Shown: positions 45,092-52,271 of the stretch, piece after piece
Position numbering within the stretch: position 1 is the first letter of the stretch
Layout of the letters: each line of letters opens with the position of its first letter
Source: an uncultured virus (IMG/VR IMGVR_UViG_3300009182_000047)
Lineage: Duplodnaviria; Heunggongvirae; Uroviricota; Caudoviricetes
DNA: 64,000 nucleotides
Strand: one strand, 5' to 3'
Virus record (IMG/VR): IMGVR_UViG_3300009182_000047
Coordinates: 1 to 64,000 of that record
Program-made: the position numbers and the translations under genes
The notes under the pieces: model-generated
The model's input: only the letters and a program-made list of their open reading frames with translations
Told to the model about the DNA's origin: nothing
Database searches by the model: none

Positions 45092-46872
45092 GCTTTAACA
45101 TCAAGACAATCACAGTTAAGAACTTTCTTAGCGTGGGAAATCAGACACAGGCTGTTGATTTTGACAAGCAACATCTAACATTGGTACTGGGATCTAACTT
45201 AGATCTAGGCGGTGACGACACAGGATCGCGCAATGGTACCGGCAAAACTACAATGATCAATGCATTGAGTTATGCATTGTACGGGCAAGCCCTTACTAAT
45301 ATTAAAAAAGAAAATTTAATTAACAAGACCAATGGCAAATCCATGTTGGTCACAGTTGAGTTTGAGAAGAATGGCGTCATTTATCGTATCGAGCGGGGTC
45401 GCAAACCTAATGTTCTTAAATTATATGTCAACGATCAGGAGTTAAAATCTAAAGATTCAGAGGATGATAGCCAAGGCGATAGCCGTGAAACACAGAAAGC
45501 AATCGAGCAGATGCTGGAAATGAGTCACACTATGTTCAAGCACTTGGTTGCACTGAACACTTACACTGAGCCGTTCCTATCTATGAAGGCTGCGGAGCAG
45601 CGTGAAGTTATTGAACAACTATTGGGTATTACTTTACTAAGTGAAAAAGCAGAAGCACTTAAAACATTAATCAAAGAAAGCAAAGATTCTATACAGATTG
45701 AGACAGTTAGAATTGATGCTGTTAAAGGTGCAAATGAAAATGTGCAAAAAAGTATCGATAGTTTGCACTTAAAAAGTTCAGCATGGGAAAATAAGCACGA
45801 CAGCGAACTAGAAAATCTAGGTCGTGCCATTGTTAATCTTGAAGCTGTTGATATTGAAGCAGAGTTATCAGCACATATTGCATTGCAACAGTGGACAGAG
45901 AACAATAATAAGCTACGCGACCTAACTAGACAACGTGCAACATTGGAATCTGCTGTAGGGCAAGCTGAAAAGACTCTTAAGAAATATAAAACAGAGTTAG
46001 AAAGCCTTGGAAATAAAAAGTGTCATGCTTGCGAGCAAGAACTTCACGACCACAAGCACGAAGAAATGACTGCTACTGCTACGCAGCATTACGACGAAGC
46101 CTATGAATACTGGCAGAAGATGCGGGCACAACTTAAACAGATAACAGAAGAAATTGCTGCTGTTGGTGAGTTGCCACACAAACCTTCTACTTACTATGAT
46201 ACAGAAGCAGAAGCGTTGGGTCATAAAAATAATCTTGCCAGTTTAGAAAGATCATTAGACGCAAAGGTTGTAGAAGCCAATCCTTATAATGAGCAGATCG
46301 AAGAATTGAAAAAGACTGCGATCCAAGAAATCAACTGGGGCACTGTTAATTCACTAACTAAGCTAAAAGATCATCAGGAATTCTTGCACAAACTGCTGAC
46401 AAACAAAGATAGTTTTATCCGTAAAAAGATTATCGATCAAAACTTGAGCTACTTGAACAAGAGATTGAGCTACTATATTGATAAACTGGGTTTGCCGCAT
46501 CGTGTTATTTTTCAAAATGATCTAAGTGTTGAGATTACGCAGTTAGGACAAGATTTAGATTTTGATAATTTAAGTCGTGGTGAGAGAAACAGATTAATTT
46601 TATCTATGAGTTTTGCTTTCCGAGATGTTTGGGAAGGATTATATCAAAGCATGAACTTATTGTTCATCGATGAGCTTGTAGATGCTGGCATGGATACAGC
46701 GGGGGTGGAATCTGCACTGGCTGTATTGAAAAAAATGGCCAGAGAGAGAAATAAGAATATATACTTAATATCGCATAAAGACGAATTAGTGGGCAGAGTT
46801 AATAATGTACTTAGAGTTATTAAAGAAAACGGTTTTACCAGTTACTCAAACGATGTAGACTATGTCGAATGA
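45088..46872 (+). CDS. Recombination ATPase subunit, gp46 (Rad50/SbcC-like)
   Basis: KNFLSVGN, Walker A NGTGKT, coiled coil with CHAC zinc hook, LSRGE signature, Walker B LFIDE, ISH. Confidence 0.93.
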   Translation: MSFNIKTITVKNFLSVGNQTQAVDFDKQHLTLVLGSNLDLGGDDTGSRNGTGKTTMINALSYALYGQALTNIKKENLINKTNGKSMLVTVEFEKNGVIYRIERGRKPNVLKLYVNDQELKSKDSEDDSQGDSRETQKAIEQMLEMSHTMFKHLVALNTYTEPFLSMKAAEQREVIEQLLGITLLSEKAEALKTLIKESKDSIQIETVRIDAVKGANENVQKSIDSLHLKSSAWENKHDSELENLGRAIVNLEAVDIEAELSAHIALQQWTENNNKLRDLTRQRATLESAVGQAEKTLKKYKTELESLGNKKCHACEQELHDHKHEEMTATATQHYDEAYEYWQKMRAQLKQITEEIAAVGELPHKPSTYYDTEAEALGHKNNLASLERSLDAKVVEANPYNEQIEELKKTAIQEINWGTVNSLTKLKDHQEFLHKLLTNKDSFIRKKIIDQNLSYLNKRLSYYIDKLGLPHRVIFQNDLSVEITQLGQDLDFDNLSRGERNRLILSMSFAFRDVWEGLYQSMNLLFIDELVDAGMDTAGVESALAVLKKMARERNKNIYLISHKDELVGRVNNVLRVIKENGFTSYSNDVDYVE

Positions 46873-47167
46873 AGAGATAAACAAGTATAAGGAACTGTAT
46901 AGTCAACTGATTAGTGAATTAGTTGGCTTGCATAATACCCATGCTTCGTTTGTTAGGAATGTTGGTAGAGATACCGGCAATGCTTGTAGGAGACATCTGA
47001 GAGCAATATCAAATATTGCCACTGAATTAAAAAGACAGGGGCAAAAAGTTGGAAAAGAAAGCACAGCTAATAGAAGAGCTGAGAAGAAAGCTGCAATAGC
47101 AGAACAAGCAAGGCTTAACGCTATACCAAAAAAACGAGGCCGTAAGCCAAAAGGAACTATAAAATGA
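46862..47167 (+). CDS. Small basic protein, possible divergent Hc1-like paralog with AT-hook-like tail
   Basis: Helical core resembles the next gene. C-terminal KKRGRKPKG. Confidence 0.5.
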   Translation: MSNEEINKYKELYSQLISELVGLHNTHASFVRNVGRDTGNACRRHLRAISNIATELKRQGQKVGKESTANRRAEKKAAIAEQARLNAIPKKRGRKPKGTIK

Positions 47168-47361
47168 ATGATACTAATACACAATTACAAGCAACCTTTG
47201 CAGAATTCTTAGCTGAAGATGCAAAATTTACAGGTGGTAACTCTGCCGCTGGCACACGCTCACGCAAGGCTCTAGCAGAGTTAAGCAAGTTAGTTAAAGC
47301 CCGCCGTAACGAAATCACTGCCGAGAAGAATGCTCGCAAGGAAGCCAAGGCAACAAAATAA
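47164..47361 (+). CDS. Histone H1-like (Hc1 family) DNA-binding protein
   Basis: F..EDAKF..GNSAAGTRSRKAL.EL.KL.K..R.E matches the Hc1-family core. Confidence 0.7.
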   Translation: MNDTNTQLQATFAEFLAEDAKFTGGNSAAGTRSRKALAELSKLVKARRNEITAEKNARKEAKATK

Positions 47362-47364
47362 TCA

Positions 47365-47793
47365 ATGACTTGGACCTACAAAGGCTCTATAGTTAACGAA
47401 CTTCCTGAAGATTGTATCGGTTATGTTTACTGCATAACCAATATAACCTCAGGACGCCAATACATTGGCAAAAAATTAGCAAAATTCTCTAAAACGACCT
47501 ACAAGACGATCACGTTGAAGAACGGCACAAAAAAGAAAAAGAAGATTCGAAGCAAAATCGACAGCGACTGGCAGGAATATTACGGGTCCAGTCCTAATTT
47601 AACAGCAGATATCAACACCCTAGGCAAAGACAACTTCTCTCGCGAAATACTATACTATTGTAAATCCAAAGCAGAAACATCTTACATTGAGGCCCGCGAA
47701 CAATTCGACCGCAAAGTATTAGAATCCGACGATTACTATAACGGACATATCCAAGTCCGTGTCCATGGCTCTCACATAAAATCTAAAATTTAA
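47365..47793 (+). CDS. Stand-alone GIY-YIG endonuclease (SegE-like GIY-YIG domain)
   Basis: GYVYCITN..SGRQYIGKK, W..YYGSS, F.REIL, E...QF, YYN. Confidence 0.85.
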   Translation: MTWTYKGSIVNELPEDCIGYVYCITNITSGRQYIGKKLAKFSKTTYKTITLKNGTKKKKKIRSKIDSDWQEYYGSSPNLTADINTLGKDNFSREILYYCKSKAETSYIEAREQFDRKVLESDDYYNGHIQVRVHGSHIKSKI

Positions 47794-47799
47794 TCTAAC

Positions 47800-48170
47800 A
47801 CCAAAGGTTGGCGGGCCAGTTTGTAATACCGCTGTGGAAAAACTGGGGAATAACCAGACACGTAACATGATGATGCACTCCCGTGGGTATATCCCACCAG
47901 CCTGAAAAATTGGTCGCGAGTCTAAGAGCACGAACCCTACGCTCAACGCATTGTCATAGTATGAATGTTAGCATACGAAAAACCGTGCTATAAACACTTA
48001 GACACTAGGAACGAGGTCTAAGACGCATTATGCGAGTCGATGTAGGTTGGGAAAGATCAGAGCCCATTAGCATTACGGTAAAAACACCTATTTCCAATGT
48101 CTCGGCCTGTGATAACTCACATGAAGACAAAAAGCGGAACCGCTCAAAACGGTTCCGTCTGACCAAAATA
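47800..48170 (+). ncRNA. Candidate large structured non-coding RNA of unknown class
   Basis: Only large intergenic gap in the window. At least 12 compatible helices found by eye, including nested long-range pairs with G-U wobbles on the + strand (see findings). Confidence 0.6.
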
Positions 48171-48259
48171 ATCTACATGAATTTAAAAAGCTTCGCTGAA
48201 ACAATTGCTTCAAGTAAGAGCGTAAGCGATTACGAAGAAGCAAATGAGCGTCAGCTCAT

Positions 48260-48267
48260 TATAAATA
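48260..48267 (+). promoter_or_regulatory. T4-type late promoter
   Basis: Exact TATAAATA 30 nt upstream of ATG 48297. Confidence 0.7.
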
Positions 48268-48296
48268 AAAGAAACAACTTCTTAGGAAATCCCTTT

Positions 48297-48914
48297 ATGC
48301 GTATCACTGAATTAATAATTGAAAACAATCAAATAGATGAAATATCTCTTAAAGGTATCGGTCAAGGTCTAAGCAAGGCTGCTGATGCAGTTGGAGGTGC
48401 TGTTGGTGGCGTGCAAGGACAATGGGCTGGAATGCAAAATGTATATAATCAAAAAAGAGATAGAGTGGCGGCTGTAGCTCAAAGAAATGCAGAACAAGCA
48501 GGTGGTTATAAAAAGCCCGCCGCACCAGTTGTAGCACCTACTCCAATAGCCGCTGTTCCTCCTACTGCACCAGCAGCTAATGCGGTGCCTAACAGTGGAA
48601 CAATGTCAATTAATGGCAACAAATTAGATCCTAAGAATCCAGCTGATGCTAAAATAATTGCTCAGATACAGGCACAAGATGCACATAATGCTACCCAACA
48701 GGCTGCTCCACAACCAAGTGCAACTGCGGCACCGAGTGCCCCTCCTCGTCGTCTTGTAGGTCCAAAGGGAGTAGCCGCTGTTGAAAAAGCATACAAATCT
48801 TTACCAGATCCGCAACGTAGTCAAGCAAGACAAAGCATTGCAGCGATTGACGCAGGAGTTAAAGAAAGTTTGACTGTTGGTTATAAAAGTAATTTTCTAG
48901 GTCTAGTAATTTAA
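48297..48914 (+). CDS. Late protein, probable internal head protein (Pro/Ala-rich)
   Basis: TATAAATA and AGGA SD point to a start at 48297. N-terminus MRITELIIE..IDE has L/I-x-E motifs like gp21 cleavage sites. Confidence 0.6.
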   Translation: MRITELIIENNQIDEISLKGIGQGLSKAADAVGGAVGGVQGQWAGMQNVYNQKRDRVAAVAQRNAEQAGGYKKPAAPVVAPTPIAAVPPTAPAANAVPNSGTMSINGNKLDPKNPADAKIIAQIQAQDAHNATQQAAPQPSATAAPSAPPRRLVGPKGVAAVEKAYKSLPDPQRSQARQSIAAIDAGVKESLTVGYKSNFLGLVI

Positions 48915-49129
48915 AAGAACGGCATCTGCGTTTCTTTGGTCATTTCTAAATTACCTTCAATAATCTTAGTAAGCAGTTCTCTATCTTCAGGCGATAATAA
49001 AAATGCCTCTGAGAAACTTAGACCACCTCTCATATACCAAGCGAATCTAAAAAGTTCTTCTTTTAAGGCTTTTGTATCAGTCTCGTATTCTTTTATGAGC
49101 TTATTGATACCATTAGTATCAAGATACAA
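48911..49129 (-). CDS. gp51-like / tail-chaperone C-terminal ORF, probably expressed by -1 frameshift from the upstream gene
   Basis: WYMRGGLSFSEAF.LSPEDR motif. No N-terminal ATG or SD (TTG only). In -1 frame to the upstream slippery site. Confidence 0.7.
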   Translation of the reverse strand: MYLDTNGINKLIKEYETDTKALKEELFRFAWYMRGGLSFSEAFLLSPEDRELLTKIIEGNLEMTKETQMPFF

Positions 49130-49134
49130 AAGCC

Positions 49135-50007
49135 TTATACGAAAAAAGTTGCAGGATCAAATACTAATGGAACGTCAATTGTTTCACCAGTGATGCCATT
49201 TGCCCTCATTTCGTCAGTAACTTGAACAGTAATTGGTTTTAAAGAATTTATTTCTCGCAATTGTTCAATGTGATTTTGAACAATATTAAAAATATCTTTG
49301 TCGGCATTGTCAATAAATTCTTTAATGTGCCTTGGATCTTCAGTGCCGCCGTTAGTTGAATCTATTTTGTAAATGCTTTTCTCAACTATACCAATGGTAA
49401 CATCTGATAGCTTGCTAAAACTTTCTTTAAATGCAGCAATTTTGTCAGCTTCACTCATTGCAGCATCGTTGGCAATTTGCAAAATCTTTTGAGTTTCAAA
49501 TGTTTTTACAGCACTTTCACTGATCTGCTTGTAGTTCAAAGGACGAACATACACAGTTAGATCTTGACTTACCTGTACAGCACTTTCCCAGGTAATGTTT
49601 TGCATTAACGAATCCATTATGGTACGTAGATCCGTTGTGTATTCCATTTCAATATCTTCTCCAAACGTAATAGGAGTTGTCATCTTTTCACCATAGGTTG
49701 CCAATCGAATTGCAATTAACAACACATCTAAATCGATACTGGGCACCATCCATGCATTTTTAATATTTGGAATACAATGTTGGATAACATCTACAACGGC
49801 CTGCCCGCTCATTACAGCATCTGGAACTTTAAGCATTAGTTCGTCTTTGGCAGTCATGGAAAACACGGGTAGTTCTCCATTTTCAGACATTTCTAAACTG
49901 CCTGCTGGCCAAAATTGTCCATTGCTGGGCAAACGAATGTAGATTTTTGGTTGCCTCATGAAAGAAGCAAGCGGGTTTGGTTGTATGTTGGTTAGGTTAG
50001 CTACCAT
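49135..50007 (-). CDS. Baseplate hub / tail assembly chaperone, gp26-like
   Basis: NPL...RQPKIY..LPS.G, V.SMTAKDE..L, D.D.LLIAIR.ATYGE. Ends DPATFFV. GGAG SD. Confidence 0.75.
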   Translation of the reverse strand: MVANLTNIQPNPLASFMRQPKIYIRLPSNGQFWPAGSLEMSENGELPVFSMTAKDELMLKVPDAVMSGQAVVDVIQHCIPNIKNAWMVPSIDLDVLLIAIRLATYGEKMTTPITFGEDIEMEYTTDLRTIMDSLMQNITWESAVQVSQDLTVYVRPLNYKQISESAVKTFETQKILQIANDAAMSEADKIAAFKESFSKLSDVTIGIVEKSIYKIDSTNGGTEDPRHIKEFIDNADKDIFNIVQNHIEQLREINSLKPITVQVTDEMRANGITGETIDVPLVFDPATFFV

Positions 50008-50019
50008 AATTTTATCTCC

Positions 50020-50055
50020 GATAAATAAACAATGCGATTAGACCATATATTTATC
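50020..50055. promoter_or_regulatory. Face-to-face pair of late promoters (GATAAATA on each strand)
   Basis: GATAAATA at 50020-50027 (+) and at 50055-50048 (-), between the divergent chaperone and tape-measure genes. Confidence 0.55.
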
Positions 50056-50079
50056 TACGCAGATAACCACTAAAAAACA

Positions 50080-52251
50080 ATGGCAGAAGTCACCGGATCA
50101 ATAGGCAGCGAAGAAGTAGTACTGAATAATGCGGCTACTGAAGCTACGCTACGGCTGATACTTCAAGCATCTCTTGCAACTACCAAAGCACAAAAAGAAG
50201 CTATTAAAGAGCTGGCAACTAAATCAGGACTAGATCCTAAGATAGTTGAGCAGATGAATACCAATGCTAAACAGTCTTCGGGAATGTTTAGCAACTTATC
50301 CACAGTAGGTTGGCAAACTGCTGATAAGATTCGAACATTGGACAGAAGCATTTCTCCGTTGGTTGATAATTTAACCAAAGGTACTGCTACTCTAGGAAAT
50401 GTGTTTGGTGCGTTTGAAGCAATGCCCGGAATACTGGGTGTATTTGCCACAGCACTAAAACGTGTTTCTGATTTTCAAGACGAAAATATGAAGATGTACC
50501 AGCAGGTAAGTACATCTGGTGTTAATTTTGGTGGTAGTTTGACGCAATTGCGTCAAGCTGCTCTCAGCACTTATATGACATTAGATCAGTTTTCTAGCAT
50601 GATGAAAAACAACGGTGAAGTGTTTGCCAAGATGGGCGGCACCGTTAATCAAGGTGCTAAATCGTTTGTTAAGGCCAGCAACACTTTGTTAAGCAGTGAC
50701 GCAGGTAATAATTTAAGAGCATTGGGCTACACTACTGAAGAAGTTAATCAAGGAATGTTAAATTACATTTCATTGACAGGTGGTCGTAATAGACAAGAGA
50801 TGCAGGACACTGCTGCTCTTACCAAAGGTACTACACTGTATCTAGAAGAATTAGATCAGCTGGCTCAAATTACAGGCAAGAGCAGAGAAGAGCAGCAAAA
50901 GAAATTAAAAGAAGAAATGGAAGAAGCAGAATTCCAACTGTTCCTTGCAAGCAAATCAAAAGAAGAACGTGAATTAATTGAACAGAACGTTAAGCGAGCT
51001 ACATCATTATATGGAAAAGGCGGTGCAGATATTGCCAAAGCCAGTGCAATGGGTGTTGCAGTACAGGGAGAAGCAGGTAAAAAATTAACTGCACTTAGCG
51101 GACAAACAGCCGATTCTATAAAAAGAGATCTAGATCTAAGACGTACCTACGGTGCAAAGAGTCAAGAAGTTCAAGATAACGAAATTAAAGGCAGACAATC
51201 TAATGCTAGAGATCTAGGCAGACTCGCTGGAGCAGTGGGCTCGTACAGTGGTGTGCTAAAAGGCAACGAAGATGCAGTTAAACTGGCTGCAAAAGATAGA
51301 ATTGCAGGCGAGCAAGCAATTAAAGAACAATATTCTGAAGCTGCTAAAGAAACAGCAGAAAGAAAAGAATCTGAAGCAAAAGATGCGGCAAAATCTCAAC
51401 AAGCTATTCAAGAGTTTGGCCAAGCAATAATGAAATTAATTGCACCAATTGTACAAGTATTAACTCCGGTAGTTAATGCACTAGCCACAATTATTACCAA
51501 AGTTGTAAAAGGGTTTGACATTATTACATTTGGCTTTGGGGGATTTGTTATTGCATTGGGTGCTGCTGTGCTTGCTATTAACAATTTTACTGCTGCTAAA
51601 ACAGCAGAAGCTGCAAAAGATGCTGCTAGTGGCGGATTAGGTGACTTACTTGATAAAACAGGTAAGGGCGATAAACCTCCTAAGGGCGGTGGAGGTGCAG
51701 GAGGAACCGTAAAAAGATTTCTTAAAAGCCCTAGTGTGATTGGTACTGTACTCAGTGGATTAATGCTAGCTAGTGATCTTAGCGATATTAAAAAGCAAGA
51801 AAAAGAAGGAACAATATCTAAAGAAGAAGCAAATAAAGCCAAAGGTGGAGCCTGGGGCGAAGCAGCTGGCAGCGCGGTGGGTACGGCCTTAGGTGCATCT
51901 ATTGGATCATTGTTTTTCGGCATTGGTGCAGCACCTGGCGCTATTATTGGCAGTATTCTTGGCTCTATGGTCGTAGGATCTCTTGGTAAAACTGCTGGAG
52001 AACGATTAGGAAGTGACTCAAAGAAAGCTGCTGATGGTGCTATAGTTTCCAAAGCAACCAATATAACCGCAGGTGAAGCAGGACCAGAAATTATATCTCC
52101 TATCAAGTACTTTAATAATTTACAATCAGAGCTAGAGACGTTAAATAAGCAAACAATGGAAATGATTAGGTACATGAAAGAAACGGCAGAATACACTAGA
52201 CGTACTCACGATGCTACTAAATCTTTAGGTGGTGATCTTTTCAAATTTTAA
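50080..52251 (+). CDS. Tape measure-like protein
   Basis: Long Ala/Lys/Glu-rich helical protein with hydrophobic and glycine-zipper segments and a C-terminal ADGAIV...AGEAGPE motif. Adjacent to the tail chaperone. Confidence 0.7.
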   Translation: MAEVTGSIGSEEVVLNNAATEATLRLILQASLATTKAQKEAIKELATKSGLDPKIVEQMNTNAKQSSGMFSNLSTVGWQTADKIRTLDRSISPLVDNLTKGTATLGNVFGAFEAMPGILGVFATALKRVSDFQDENMKMYQQVSTSGVNFGGSLTQLRQAALSTYMTLDQFSSMMKNNGEVFAKMGGTVNQGAKSFVKASNTLLSSDAGNNLRALGYTTEEVNQGMLNYISLTGGRNRQEMQDTAALTKGTTLYLEELDQLAQITGKSREEQQKKLKEEMEEAEFQLFLASKSKEERELIEQNVKRATSLYGKGGADIAKASAMGVAVQGEAGKKLTALSGQTADSIKRDLDLRRTYGAKSQEVQDNEIKGRQSNARDLGRLAGAVGSYSGVLKGNEDAVKLAAKDRIAGEQAIKEQYSEAAKETAERKESEAKDAAKSQQAIQEFGQAIMKLIAPIVQVLTPVVNALATIITKVVKGFDIITFGFGGFVIALGAAVLAINNFTAAKTAEAAKDAASGGLGDLLDKTGKGDKPPKGGGGAGGTVKRFLKSPSVIGTVLSGLMLASDLSDIKKQEKEGTISKEEANKAKGGAWGEAAGSAVGTALGASIGSLFFGIGAAPGAIIGSILGSMVVGSLGKTAGERLGSDSKKAADGAIVSKATNITAGEAGPEIISPIKYFNNLQSELETLNKQTMEMIRYMKETAEYTRRTHDATKSLGGDLFKF

Positions 52252-52271
52252 AATGATAGAGGCAACGTAAT

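Noticed and set aside
47365..47793. Calling the GIY-YIG gene a mobile homing endonuclease
   Set aside because: Only 142 aa with no C-terminal DNA-binding modules, and tightly integrated in the operon. Mobility is not supported by the sequence.
47867..47905. Box C (ATGATGA) and box D (CTGA) motifs suggesting a C/D-guide or TIGR-like RNA
   Set aside because: Single occurrence with no tandem array and no Nop-domain protein in the window. Such short motifs can arise by chance.
47800..48170. Identification of the structured region as RNase P RNA, tmRNA, or a group I/II intron
   Set aside because: GTGGAAAAACTGGGG and ACGGTAAA loosely recall RNase P, but the P4 3' strand is absent. There are no tRNA-like ends, no recognisable group I P7 or group II domain V, and no interrupted gene.
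48030..48296. N-terminal extension of ORF 48030..48914 through the structured region
   Set aside because: A TATAAATA promoter, an SD and a typical N-terminus all point to ATG 48297. The ATG at 48030 sits in a hairpin, and the extension does not look protein-like.
51408..52196. Long antisense ORFs (e.g. 51408..52196, 54677..55135, 6412..6924, 40713..41174)
   Set aside because: Shadow ORFs opposite well-supported genes, caused by codon bias. They have no SD or recognisable motifs.
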